DNA of 64,000 bases. Origin: Vicugna vicugna. Taxonomy: Eukaryota. Shown one piece after another: positions 13,355 to 25,789 of this stretch (positions are counted from its first letter, which is position 1; every line of letters begins with the position of its first letter). The position numbers were made by a program, and so were the translations under genes. The notes below the pieces were generated by a model that saw only the letters and a list, made by a program, of their open reading frames with translations, was not told the origin of the DNA and did no database searches. The stretch spans positions 4,413,308 to 4,477,307 of the forward strand of contig MU061578.1 in the NCBI GenBank assembly GCA_013265495.1. The letters are read 5' to 3'.

Positions 13355-13555
13355 TGAAGATTCCAACTCTATGACATTCTGGAAAAAGCAAAACTATAGA
13401 GAGCCGGCGCACCATCCGAGGTTGCCCAGAGTAGGGGGTTTCTAGGACAGTGAAACTGCTCTGAAGGCTCGTGTAACCGTGTATATGCGTCCTTACTCAT
13501 CTGTCAAACCCACAGAATGTCCAACACCCAGCCTGAACCCTAACGTAAGCTAAAA
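13355..13555 (+). mobile_element. Old L1 (L1MC-like) 3' fragment
   Basis: atgacattctggaaaaagcaaaactatagag...gacagtgaaactgctctg...tgtcaaacccacagaatgt. Confidence 0.6.
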
Positions 13556-13599
13556 GCAGTCTCTGGGGAATTCACTTTGCGTCACTGCAGCATGTGTGT

Positions 13600-14420
13600 G
13601 CATATTCCGCGTTGATTACACCTGCCTGTTTACACGCACTGCGCTCTACCTGGACGTCCACACTCTACGGTATTCTGAGTGTTTCTACGCGTCCCTGTCC
13701 CCGAGACTTGGACAAGAAGCGGACGTCATCCGTCCACTTCGCATCTGGGCGTGCGGGCGTGTCCTACAAACCCCGCCCCGCCGGCTTCCCCAGCACGAGG
13801 AGACCGGGTAACCTGAGAGCCGGCAGAGCACCCGGGACCCAGGGCCGGGGGCTCAGCGGGCTTGCCTTCGCCACAGCCCCACCGAGCTCGCGGGCAGCCG
13901 GGAGGGGAGGCCGCCTTCACCGCCCACGCCGTGGCCCGGAGGCCCGCGCTCAGGAGCTGACGAGAGCCCGCCGCCCGCTGCCACCCGGCTTCACCTCAGC
14001 CGCCCGCGCCGGCTGCTCCCGGGAGCGCTCCCACGGCCGAGACGGTCCTCGCACCTGGACAAGAACCCGCCGCACAGAGGCCCCGCCCCGCCGCCTCGTC
14101 AGCGGAGCCTGCGCTCGGCAGCTTCTCCACAGAGACCTCGGTCCACAGCCCAGCCGCGCGACAACTGCCGCGCGACCGTTAGCGCAGGCCCCGCCCCGCC
14201 GCGCGCCGGTGCCGCCCCCGAGCTCCGCCCCGCCCCGTCCCCTCCGAACTCTGGCTCCGCCCCCGCTCCGCCCCTGAACTCCGACTCCACCCATGCCCTG
14301 ACTCCGCCCTCCGTCCTGCCACTTTCCCTCCCACCGCCTTGAGGGATCCCAGCGTCTTTATTAAGTCCAGGTCGTGGGGAGCAAGACTCGGGGAGACTGG
14401 GCGCGAATGGTTCTCCGTTT
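13600..14420 (-). promoter_or_regulatory. CpG island / MEIOB promoter with GC boxes
   Basis: The only strongly CpG-dense segment in the window, about 5 kb upstream of the ATG exon. Repeated CCGCCC (Sp/KLF) boxes at about 14082, 14190, 14226, 14257 and 14268. Confidence 0.88.
14055..14170 (-). other. MEIOB: Probable non-coding first exon of MEIOB (5' end uncertain)
   Basis: The ATG exon has an acceptor 8 nt upstream of the ATG, so an upstream exon is required. Candidate donors in the island are CAG|GTGCGA (GT at 14054) and GAG|GTGAAG (GT at 13994). Confidence 0.5.
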
Positions 14421-14763
14421 CTTTCCTTTCCCGGGGGCCCTCTCCTGTCCTCCAGACTTGAGGACCGTCTGGGGCTCAGAACCAGGCGCCCAGGAAGATG
14501 CTGGGGATCGTTTCTGCTAGAACTAGGCAGAAGTGCTGGAGACGTTGCTATAGAAAGTGCAGCAGCTGAATACACAAGTACAAACGAGTGCTGGTGAACC
14601 GGAGAAATCTGGAAAAAACTATGGATGTGTCCACCTCAATAACTCGGTTGTAATCTTGCAAGCTGTTTTGATTGGGGAAAAGTAGATCAAATGTAGCAGG
14701 GATTTCTATATTATTACTTATATTGCGTGCGACTCTATTAAAAGAGCGCATGGAAAAAAGAAG

Positions 14764-14900
14764 TGGGGGGAGGGTATATATAGTTCAGTGGTAGAACGCA
14801 TGCTTAACATGCATGAGGGCCTGGGTTCAATCCCCATTGCCTCCATTAAGAAAAATAAATACACCTAATTACCTGACTCCCACAAAAACTTTTTTTAAAA
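14764..14900 (+). mobile_element. vic-1-type SINE
   Basis: Same head and tail as the other copies, flanked by an imperfect ggaaaaaagaagtg / ggaagaaaagaaggtg duplication. Confidence 0.85.
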
Positions 14901-16699
14901 AGGAAGAAAAGAAGGTGCATAATTGCTGATAAGGCTCTTAGAAGGGGAATGGGTGCTGGATGCAGACTTTGGTCACCTGCTGGAGAAGTGTGAAGAAAGG
15001 CCAGGCTGCTAGATCAATTACAATATTTTCCTGCTGGTACTATTTATATATAGATATACACTATATATATTATTTGATGTGCTAAATATTGGACTTCGGC
15101 GAACCTGACAAAACATTTGCCAGCTTTTTACCATTTGGAAATCTTTTTCATCTAATGACTTATAAACTAATTTTTGATAATAGAGTACTAATCAAGGGCA
15201 AATAAGTTAAGATCCAACAACTAAATTCTTTAAAGTTGTCACCAACTTCTGTCCACATGTAGCATTATTTAAATTATTGAACTTCTTTCTTTAAAAGGAA
15301 GAACAACTTTGGTACTTATTACACAGCCATATACCACAAAAGAAAAATAGAACACTGGAGACAAGTCTTATGTTGTTATCACAACATAGTTTTTATTTTT
15401 CATCCTTTGTTATTTTTTAATTTCTCAAATGATATGTGAAAGCAAATAAAGTACCTGCATTCCCACCATTTAAAATTTAGTAGAGAAGGCTTTAAAATTT
15501 TTTCCATAGTCCTTTCCAGTTTTTGTCCTTAAAGGAGCATATCTTGATCTTTCCAAAAGAATGAACTGGCATTTTAAGTCAATTCTAAAGAAAAAAAAGT
15601 ATAGAAATAATTTGCATGCATTTTTCATTTGAATCTCAGTAGGGGAATAATATTTTAAATTTTTGTTTGTAGTTTTTCATATTTTAGTAAATTAATTTTC
15701 GCTGAAAACTATATAAGATTAAGCAAGCATAGTCATCTTTACCAGGAAACAACAGGCTTTTCATAAGATATGTTGCTTCAAAACACAAGCCTCAAAGAAC
15801 TGGATTGTTTGATGTTAATAATGAAATTGAGACCCCCTCCCGTGTTCTGTAAAGAATTTATTTCTTCCATTTTTGTGTAGCAATTCTGTAAACTTGCTTT
15901 GTTCTTAACAATAGAATTGACTTGTCAATACATTTTGCATAAATGTGGACAGACGCAAGGACAAGGAATGCCTAGCTTTGCCACTTGATGTAGAAGTCAA
16001 GGGTGAGTGAACAAAGGTCAGTGCTGAAATAGCTTGCATGTCTGGCTAAAGAAATGGTATAAGGGTACACCCGTCACCTCCCCAGAGCATGCCAGCTGTC
16101 AGATCATCTAGGGGCATGTCACAAAGAGGTGACAGAGAAAACATACAGTAATCAACTTTACACGTACTAACCAGTAGGAAGAAAGTGACAATTATTTTAA
16201 TGTATTACAAGACCACCTTTTATTTATTCAACAACATAGTAACTTTTCTAATGTTGGTCCTGTGATTACACTATCCTTCCCAGGAGCTGCAATACTGACG
16301 ACTCAATAATTAGTCTCACTCCCCAGTCCTTCTTCTGTCAAAGGACCAGCCAACATTTAAACAGATTGTAGATGTACTAACATTTACAGGTATTTGTGTA
16401 AAATTTTGAAAAAGTTTGTCTGGAGAAGAGGAGTGAAGTGACCCATGGAGAGTTGGAAGAACTAGATAGGGAGATCAGGTTTAGGGGCAAAACAGCAATT
16501 TAAGAGCTATTGGAGCAAACAAGAGGCAGAAACAGAAGAGACAGAGTGAAAAGGACTTTGGTGGGAGCCAGATTCAGGAAAACTTGAAGTAACATTGGGA
16601 AAGAAAGAGTTTATGAAAAAAAAAAATCAAAGCAGTAGTAACTCCAGAGTAGCTTGAGGACTGAGCTCAGGGATGTTCCATGCAAACTGCTGATTCAGG

Positions 16700-16900
16700 A
16701 TGGAGCCCAGCAGAACCCTGCGCCCCTCTCCCGAAGTACAAAGGCCCTTCCATGTCCCCTGCTGCTTGTTGGAAGAAAAGCTGAAGTCTCCCAGGCCTCC
16801 CTGAGTCACAAAAGAGCAGCTTCAAGCAGGTAATGATTAGGACAATAGTCACAGACTCTCTCTGTTGCACATTCCTGAGTTGTTTTATGGATACTCATGA
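16700..16900 (+). mobile_element. ERV LTR 5' fragment
   Basis: Shares gcacattcctgagttgtttt with the 17179 LTR and has a similar 5' start (cagcagaaccctg). Confidence 0.5.
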
Positions 16901-17178
16901 CATTGGCTGCTCCATCCTGAAAAAGACTGAATCTGTGTGACTAACAGAATTCCAGTACCTGGCCTTGAGAGAATGGGGTTAACACTATTGCTCATAATAA
17001 TCTGTCTCTTTTCGGGCATCAAAATAACTGTAGCTTGCTCTGCTCATATATGTAAGTGGGCAAATCAGTTTGTCAGCAAAGAGAGATTACAGACCCATGT
17101 TGACATCTTCCACTGGAGAATAGGGTGCCCTGTGTCAGCATGAAGAAGATACAGAAGACAGACCTTCACCCATAATCC

Positions 17179-17673
17179 TGTAACTGAGCAGGACCCTATG
17201 GGGCCTTCCTGGGTTAGACTCCTCCCCCATATCCTCTTCTGTAGCCCATCTCTGAAGTACCCAGATAATAGTATCTGATGCACATTTCTGAGTTGTTTTA
17301 CAGATGCTAAAACTCCCACCAAATGGAAGAAATTAACTACCTGATGATGGTGGGCACATAACCCCCAGATCTACATGGACCTAAGGTTTGATAATGTTAA
17401 CCCCCGTGACACCACCCTGCTACCTCACCGTCAGCCAGTCAGAGAATTGTGCATGAGCTATGCAGATGCTCTAGGCCACTCCTTCCTCACCTTGCCTTTA
17501 AAAATTCTTCGCTGAAACCCTTTGGAGAGTTCAGGGGGTTTTGAGCACTAGCCATCCGTTCTCCTTGTATTGGCACCTTACAATAAACACTGTGCTTTCC
17601 TTCACCATACCCAGTGTCAGTAGGTTAGCTTTACTGCAGGCGGGTGAGCAGACCCAAGTTCGGTTCGGTAACA
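17179..17673 (+). mobile_element. ERV1-type solo LTR with 4-bp TSD
   Basis: TGTAAC...GTAACA termini, AATAAA at 17582, TSD ATCC at 17175-17178 and 17674-17677. Confidence 0.9.
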
Positions 17674-18029
17674 ATCCCATAGCAATGGAATGATGTTCTG
17701 ACAAATGGGGATTTGTAAGCAGCTTTTGAAAAAGCTCTGCAGGGGGCCCTTTTTGTCTTGTCATTTTAGCAAAGCTATATTATAACAAACCTTAAATCAG
17801 GTACTCCCATGCTCTACTCATCTCTGGCCCAAGCACACCTTTCCAATCTTTTGATCACACAATACCTTGCTGTTGGTTTTTTCCATAAATCAAAGAAGTA
17901 GGAATGAAGAATAAGTCATTAACAGATGACCAGATCTTTTTCCTAGCTTCCCCTTCAGTAATATCATGAACAAACTGTGTGAATAAGATAGCATCTAAAG
18001 AAGGTTCACAAGGACTCGACAAGCCTGCA

Positions 18030-18267
18030 TGCAGTGGAAGATAGCGACCAGTCTGCTCTCCTATCTCGGTGATTAACTGAGATTATCTCCCCTTAAAAAC
18101 TTTCATGGCCAAGCAGAATCTGCAGTGTTGGATTTGGGACACCAGTCCATCTTCTCCCCCAGATTGCCAGCTTTCTGATCCAAAGCAACATTTCCCACTT
18201 CCACCAACACCTGCCTCTTGAATATTGATTTTTGAGAAGTGAGTAGCTGGACCTGAGTTCAGTAACA
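18030..18267 (+). mobile_element. ERV LTR 3' fragment
   Basis: Ends ggacctgagttcagtaaca, homologous to the ends of the LTRs at 17673 and 44756. Confidence 0.7.
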
Positions 18268-18510
18268 GGGATTCAGGGAGATGTGGGAGAACAGATCCCT
18301 TCTCAAGTCCAAGTGGCTCAAACAACAACAAAAACTCGATTTGTTCCAGGAGCAAAGCAAATGAGAAGAGAAACATCAATGCTGGCAGACAGATGGAAGT
18401 AGTAAGGATCAGGATTGAACTACAAACTAAAACAGGAAAACTCATTAAAAGCCTGATGTATGAGCTGATCCATGGTAAACTAAAGTGAGTAATGAGCGGG
18501 GCTTGAAACG

Positions 18511-18969
18511 CAGCCACACCTTCATTTTATTGTGCTTTCCAGATATTGTGTTTTTCACAGATTGAAGGTTTGTGGCAATCCTGCATCAGGCAGTCTATTG
18601 GCACCATTTTTCCAGCAGCATTTGATCACTTCATGTATCTGTCACATTTTGATAATTCTTGAAGTATTTCAAGCTTTTCATTATTATTATATTTGTACAG
18701 TTATCTATGATCTGTGATCTTTGATGTTACTACTGCTCCATAAAGGCTCAGACAATGGTTGGCATTTTTTAACAATATTTTTAAATTAAGGTATATACAT
18801 CATTTTCAGACATAATGTCACTGCATACTTAATATAGACTAAGCTTAGTGTAAATATAAATTTTATATGCCCTGGGAAACCAAAAAATTTGTGCATCTCG
18901 ATTTTATTGTGATAATAGCTTTATGGTGGTGGTCTGGAACCAAACCCAAGATATCTCTGAGATGTGCCC
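18511..18969. mobile_element. Tigger1-derived non-autonomous DNA transposon
   Basis: ttttattgtgcttt...cagattgaaggtttgtggcaatcctgcatc and the end gtggtctggaaccaaacccaagatatctctgag match recalled Tigger1 termini. Confidence 0.85.
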
Positions 18970-19560
18970 ATAATCTGGTGCCTGTAGTCCATGCTACATA
19001 TTTCAGCATATCCTTTTGATGCTCTACGTGCCTGATGTACACTGAACCAAAAAAAATGTGTTGCAGGAAAGAGAGAGCTGAAGGAGAGAGAGGTCACAAG
19101 CACACAAAGCACCAGCTTCAGTTTTGGGGAAAAAAAATCTGGCTGCCCCCCAGCCTGCCCCACCGGAGGGTTACTCATGTGACCACATTAGGAAGAGCCC
19201 ATCTCTCTGGAGGGCTGTCATGGGCCAGTTTCATCACAACTTATGTTAGACATGTATGATTTTTTTTAAGCCTTCCTAAATTATTTCAAATGCCTTTAAC
19301 CAGCTATCTTGCAATGAATCACGTCACTGACCTCTCAGGTTCCAGCTCCATGTTGCCACCCAGCTGCAGGCATCTCTGCCCACTTGAGGGACCAGGTATA
19401 GCTAAGCTCAGTGTACCTAAAACTAAATCAGACACTCACGCCAGACCAGCTCCTCTCCTTCCAAGTGTGTCATAAATGTGCACCTAGTAACCCAGGCTCA
19501 GAGTCTCAAAGGTAGCCTTGAACCTTCTGCCCCCCTTTCAATGAATCAGGTGTCGGGTTC

Positions 19561-20102
19561 TGTTGCAGAAGAATGCGGCATGAGATGATGGTCACATCCC
19601 AAGTCTCGGGTGAGTCCCTGGGACGTACCACCAAGTGAGGTCCTTGACTTCGTGCAGGAAGGAATTCAAGAGCGAGCCATAGTAAAGTGAAAGCAAGTTG
19701 ATTTAGAGAGATACACATTCCATAGGCAGAATGCAGACTGTCTCAGAAGGTAAAAGCTGCCCGGGGTGCAGGAGTAGTTAGTTTTTCTGGGAAAGGTAAT
19801 TTCATAGGCTAACAAGAGGGAAGATTATTCCAATTTAGAGGAAGGGGCGAGGATTTCCAGGAATTGGTCCACTACCCACTTTCCCGCCTTTTATGGCCAG
19901 CCTCGGAACTGTCATGGCACCTGTGGGTGTGTCATTTAGTGGCTAAGGCATTACAATGAGCATATAATGAGGCTGAAGTTCCATGGGAAGTCAAATCTTC
20001 CACCATCTTGGGCCTGGCTGGTTTTAACCAGTATTTGTCCTGTCCTCAATGGCTGTGTCATTCTTTTAATGGTTGTGCCCTGTCCCCTTCCCTCCTGTCT
20101 CA
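19561..20102 (-). mobile_element. ERV1-type solo LTR with 4-bp TSD
   Basis: TG...CA termini, TSD GTTC at 19557-19560 and 20103-20106. R/U5-like text (cttgctttcactttactatggctcgctcttgaattcc) reads on the minus strand. Confidence 0.88.
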
Positions 20103-20269
20103 GTTCTGTTTTTCTTTGGAATAACCCTTGAAACTGCCCTGGTCTCCTGGTTTCTCCAGGAGCTCCCACCTGTCTCTGCTCCAGTCCCTCCTCCACCGTC
20201 CCGCCAGATTAAGCATCTCCCCGCTCCCATCACAGCAACCCCTAATGGGGAAACTTCAGTAGTCCCTAT

Positions 20270-20482
20270 CAGGGGGCCCATATTTTTCTGTAAGGGGTCG
20301 TATACATAGGGTCCTGTGGGCCATATGGTCTTGTCAGAATGACCCATCTCTCCTGGAATAGTGTAAAAAGCACTTATAGATAATACCTGAACAAATGGGC
20401 ATGTCTGGCCCAATAAAACTTTATTTACCAAACAGGCAGTGGGCCAAATTTGGCCCACAAACCATAGTTTACAGACTCCAGG
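20270..20482. mobile_element. MER58A-like hAT-Charlie element
   Basis: ttttctgtaagggg...ccaataaaactttatttaccaaacaggcagtgggcc...catagtttacagac. Confidence 0.75.
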
Positions 20483-22344
20483 ATCAAAGTAACAATTTCT
20501 CAGTTTGGAATTCATCACTTTCTAGAATCTGACTCAATTTAGAACTCTACCCTGTTTCCCCACCATTTCTCTAAAATATGCCCACTTCCCCAAGACTTTT
20601 ATATAGGCAATAAATTTATGTCTAGAAATGAATTTCCCGCATGGCAAATATACAAATAGTTTTACAGATACGTCACAACTACTGGTCCTACAACAACAGA
20701 GTCTTTATTTCCATGTTTTTCATCATCCATGAGGTTGATGCTTATCACTTCATTGTTACTTTTAGAAAACATTTTTAAGAGCTACCTCACATGAAGCCAC
20801 TATACCATTGTGAATGATGTCTACTACCCAAATAGGTTATCTTAGAGCCCCGATTACTCCCAACTAAGGTACAGGTGCTTGGGAAAAGCCGATTTGCACA
20901 TCCAGCACTAGTTTCCTCCCTCTGGGTCCAAATCCCAGGCTTTGTTCTTTATTAGGTTTATTTTACATGTTTAGGAATTTGCTCAGAGCTCAATAGCTTA
21001 TCTGTTGTTCACAAGCTGGGCAAATGCTAAAGAAAGCAAGAGAAAACCTCCATTACAAAAGACACTTTTATTTTTAATTATCACTCTGAGAAAATGACCA
21101 TGGAGATTTCTCAACGTGCTTAATTTCAGTACATGTTAATCAGAGTTCTCTTATCAGCAGTTTTATCTTACAGTTGTCGAAAGTGAGAAAATAAATGGGG
21201 TTTAGGAGGAGCTAGCATGAATTGTAGATACCAAAAGTCAAGCTGTTTGGTCAAAATCTCAGTTTTGCCACTAATTAGCTGTGTGGGTCAAGACTGTCTG
21301 AGCCTCCTTCTCCTTATCTGTCAAATAAAAGATTTGGACAGATCCAGTGGGACAGAGATGATACAAAAGTACAAACCCTGTGGGGAAATGCCGTCTATTT
21401 GTGCATGTCAGTGTCTTCTAGACTGATGCTTTTTGAGAGCCTGTTCATGTCAGAATCCTCCCATTACTAAACCTTGCACATAGCTGGTGTTTGCTGAGTG
21501 AATCTATCAACAATCATGAATAATATAGGCCTCTACTATGAGGCAATGCTGAAAGTGGGGAGCAGCATCGTACCAGGGTGCAGAGAGGTTGCTGTGTGTG
21601 ATGCGGGGGAGATCAGTAGATTTGTATTTTAGGACTTATTCAAGTTCTTTCTAGTCCAAACTTACTTTGTTATATGATATTAGACGGGTTACTCAACTTC
21701 ATATAACATGTAAATAAACGTACTCCTCCCTCCTGCATTTTTTTTTAAACTCATAAGCGTCATAGTTAGAGTAGTCATCCCCATGATTTAACAGATGGGA
21801 AATTACAGAAGGCTACATTCCATTGATAGCCATCACTAAAACGGGCTGCAAAATACTGTAACTGGTATTCCTGGTTGACAGTGTTGTCACATGTTTCCTT
21901 GGCATGTCAAAGTATCCTTCCTCCTTAGAGCTCAGAAGGAAACAGCCTCAGCAGCATTCCATGGGTGTCAGTGACCAAGCTCCACACAGAGGACACACAC
22001 AGGTCATCACTCGGGACATTCCTTCCCTCGGATTGGTTTTCTAACACTTTTAATATCTTTTTTTTTTTGATCTCCATTGAATTGTTAAATGAGGTGAGAG
22101 GTATGGAAATGGTACCAAGTGATGAATGTTCCAACCTGGTGCCACAATCAGAGTTGTGAAGGAACTGTGACTGCCTTTGAAGTAGTTTAGGAACCAAGGT
22201 GTGATGGCGGAAAGAGGACATTATGCAGTGTTAAAAAGACATAATCCTGATATTAACAAGGGGAGTTGTGGGAAGGGCTAGGAAGTGGGATGGAGAATAG
22301 AGGGGAAACATCTAGTTCACAGGCAATGGAATCATTCAAGTTGA

Positions 22345-23185
22345 AAAATGAGCCTTATCTATGGGATGACTTCACACCCACTAGAATGGCTGTAATTAAA
22401 AAGGCAGGATGGAGGGGTGTGGCATGTGGGGTATAGCTCAGTGGTAGAGCCTGTGCTCAGCATGTGTGAGGTCCTAGGTTCAACCCCTAGTATCTCCATT
22501 TTTTAAAAAAGGCAGACAGTGACAAGCATTGGCAAGGATGAAGGGAAGTTAGAACCTTCAGACACTGCTGGTGGGAATGTAAATGGGTGCAGCTGCTGTG
22601 AAAAAGAGTCTGGCAGGTCCTCGGGCAGTTAAACATAGAGTTACTGTCTGACCCAACAATTCCACCCCTAGATATCTCTCCAAGAGAACTAAAAACATAA
22701 GTCCACACAAAGTTGTATAGGAGCGTTCATAATTCATAATAACCCAAAAGTGGAAACAATCCAAATGACTGTAAACTAGATGGATATATACATTTAGAAA
22801 TGATTTAAATGATCTACCGATACACTGGAATATTACCTGGCCATAAAAAGGAGTAAAGTACTGATACCTGTTGTAGCAAGAAAGAGACCATTATATTAAG
22901 TGAAAAAAAACAGTCACAAAAGGACACATTTATATGAAATGACCGTAATAGGCAAGTTTTAGAGACCGAAAGTAGATTAATGTTTGCCTAGGGTTGGTGG
23001 GGAGTGGGGAGAGGGGCGGTGACCACTTCATGGATTCAGTATTTCTTTAAGAGGTGACGAAAATGTTCTGGGACTAAATAGTGATAAAGGTTACACAACT
23101 CTGTGACTATACGAAAAAGCATTCTATTGCACACTTTAAGAGGAATTGTATGATAAGTGAATTAATTGTATCTCATAAAGCTACT
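22345..23185 (+). mobile_element. Old L1 (L1MB-like) 3' end containing a nested vic-1 SINE at about 22425-22505
   Basis: cttcacacccactagaatggct...gaattgtatctcataaagct is an L1 3' UTR. The SINE is flanked by an aaaaaggcag duplication. Confidence 0.85.
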
Positions 23186-23399
23186 ACTTTTTTTTTTACT
23201 AAACCTCAAATTTCATCATTGTTCCTGTCCAAACTATGAGCCATGCAACTGTGAATTTTTTGGCACAAAATCCAACATTTCAAGTCTGCAGAGAACTTCC
23301 AGAAATCTCTATACCATCCTAAAAGTTCTGGTTTATGGAGAAGGTAGAGGGAAAAAGTACCCATGTATAACACATTTTATTATCTGTGTTTATTGTCAT

Positions 23400-23490
23400 T
23401 AATATTATTTTTAATGAAGGGACTGGGGGTGGAGCCCAGGACCTCATGCATGCTAAGCATACACTCTACCACTGAGCTATACCTTCCCCT
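23400..23490 (-). mobile_element. vic-1-type SINE
   Basis: Reverse complement of the SINE body, flanked by a tattatctgtgttta direct repeat (TSD). Confidence 0.88.
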
Positions 23491-24934
23491 ATTATCTGTG
23501 TTTAAATTTGAGTTTCCCCAGTGTGAATTGTCTTTCAAGACACACCAAAGGTTTCTTTGTCATCTATCACTTAACTCTTAACCATCGCTGTGATGGGGAG
23601 GCACTGGATATAAGGCACAAAGTTCTGTTACAGCTGGTTGTTTGAAAGCAGTCAGCTTACTTTAAAAAAAAAAAAAGATCCTCGGAATTTGCACCACTTT
23701 TTAATGTTTTGTCCTTGAATTAAGTGTTATTTTGATACTTACATCTCGAGTTGTATGACAAAAAGTTATCTGTATACTGACTCATTTACTGTTTGAAGAA
23801 AATCATGGATGTTTTTTCTGTGTGTGCATGCTGACATCTGCTTCAAGAGGCTATCTAGTAGAGTTCTGCGACTCTTCACTTTTTTTCTCAGCATTCTTAA
23901 AATTAAAAGTTGCCCATATTTTATTATTTAATGATAGCTTGTGATTTCAGGCAATATTTGCATAGATTTTCCCACTCAACTTCAGAACAGACAGCAGTGG
24001 GAAGCAGTTCATTCTGGCATTAGAGCTAAGAATAAAAGAAGTCAATATACTATGTCATAAAATTTTTTTCCCTCTTGATCATTTTATGACCCCAAGGTCA
24101 CAGCTATTGCAAAATTTTATTGTGGCTTGACAAATTCTCCATGTCAACTCCGTATTACAAGGTCTTTCATTTCTTCAATTAAACAACTGGAAATGGATAC
24201 CACCTGTGCTCTCATATTTACTATGTCAATAAAGTCCACTATAATTACACCACGCTGTTGAAAAATGGCATGCCAGGAACTGACAGACTGTTCGGGGGTC
24301 ACTGTTTCACACAATACCAACCACTGATCAAGTTATTTCAAAGGCTTTAAGCCACGGATTAATAGGAAAAAAAAGCCTTTGCATATCATATCATGTCCTT
24401 TTATTTCTATTTTGCCAGTCTCTCAGATAAGCAAAACATATTTATTGTATCAGTTGCTTTATATTTGTAAGGGGAAAATTTGAAAATAATTTGAAAAACG
24501 GGTGTTCTATGAAATACAACTATAAAGAAGAGATGCATATGTTTACAACAGTGAGTCCATACAAGTTTGCTTTTAAATAATTATTTTATGAGAGGAGATG
24601 CTGATATAAGGTATATCTTGAGTTTAAAAGTTTTAATGCAATTTTCAATTTACTAATCCATTGGGCAAAACAGTAAAATGTTATAAGGAGTAAGAAATTA
24701 GGAATTACAGATTCAAAACCTAGTTCCAAGATTCATCTTAGATCATTAACGTCTGAAAACCCTTTACCTACTTATGTGAATGCTTCCAGAGTTCTGGCAT
24801 GAAAATGGATCTGCTATTAGAGTGTTTAGGAAAGAATCAACCTATTAAAAATAGAAAAGTTTCCCAATTGGGTCTAATTTACCTTGTATCAGTGTTCTTT
24901 GTTGTAATTTTAAAATGTTAGAGTATAAAGATTG

Positions 24935-25440
24935 AGTTCTGTTTCAAATAATGATAAAGTTCTGGAAATAGATGATGTGATAGTGACAAACACTGTGAAC
25001 ATATTTAATGTCATTGAATTATGCACTTAAAATGGTTCAAGTGAGTAATAATAATAATGGTAAGGATACAAATGAACTACTTATTATTTAGAACTTAGAT
25101 GATTGATTTCTTGAATACGTGTAAGCACATTTGACTGTCCTTTACGATTGGATTACTACATTGTGTTGATTCTTATTTCGTGGTTGGCTTTATTCCTTTG
25201 GTAACTACGTAAGTTTAAAAAGCTAAAGCTCTAATCTGCCCTTAGAAACAATGATCAGTACATATACGTAAAGTAAAAAAAATTGCAGTATACTGTATGC
25301 ATGCATTTACATGTAATATAATGTATTTGTGCAGTCAAACTGTAATAATTCTACCTAACAAAACTGAAAAGGAAAAAAATTAAGATTTTAAAAAATGGTT
25401 AAAGTGGTAAATTCTATGTTACATACATTTTATCACATAC
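24935..25440 (+). mobile_element. Old L1 3' terminus split by a 348-bp insertion
   Basis: aaagttctggaaatagat...gaattatgcacttaaaatggtt continues after the insert as aaaatggttaaagtggtaaattctatgttacatacattttatcaca. Confidence 0.75.
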
Positions 25441-25789
25441 ACACAAAAGAGATTGAATCCTACTGGCCCTATGAATTATTGTCAATGTGAGTTTAAACAT
25501 TTTAGAGATGTCAAAATTGTAGTATTTCCCAGTTTCCTATTCTCTTAATGATGGCAGAAATGATTATTTACTAAAATTCATAGAGAATTTTTATGCTGTT
25601 TATTGCATTTATTTATCTTTTATCTGGTGTGTCTTGAGTATGCTGCTCTATGAGGCATCTGTATCATTTTCCCAAACATGATTTGCTGTGTTAAAGTGGC
25701 CTGGAGACAAAACAAAATATCAAAATCCTGCAAAGATGCAAGTCCACTTCATATTTTTAAGATATTAGTGTGGTTTCCCCTTTGAGAAA

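Noticed and set aside
13594..14575. Long overlapping ORFs (227, 158 and 114 aa) on both strands
   Set aside because: Arg/Pro/Gly/Ala-rich products expected from stop-poor CpG-island DNA, with no recognisable domain.
16700..18267. A single provirus spanning the LTR pieces
   Set aside because: No gag, pol or env similarity and no primer-binding site seen between them, and the middle LTR has its own TSD.
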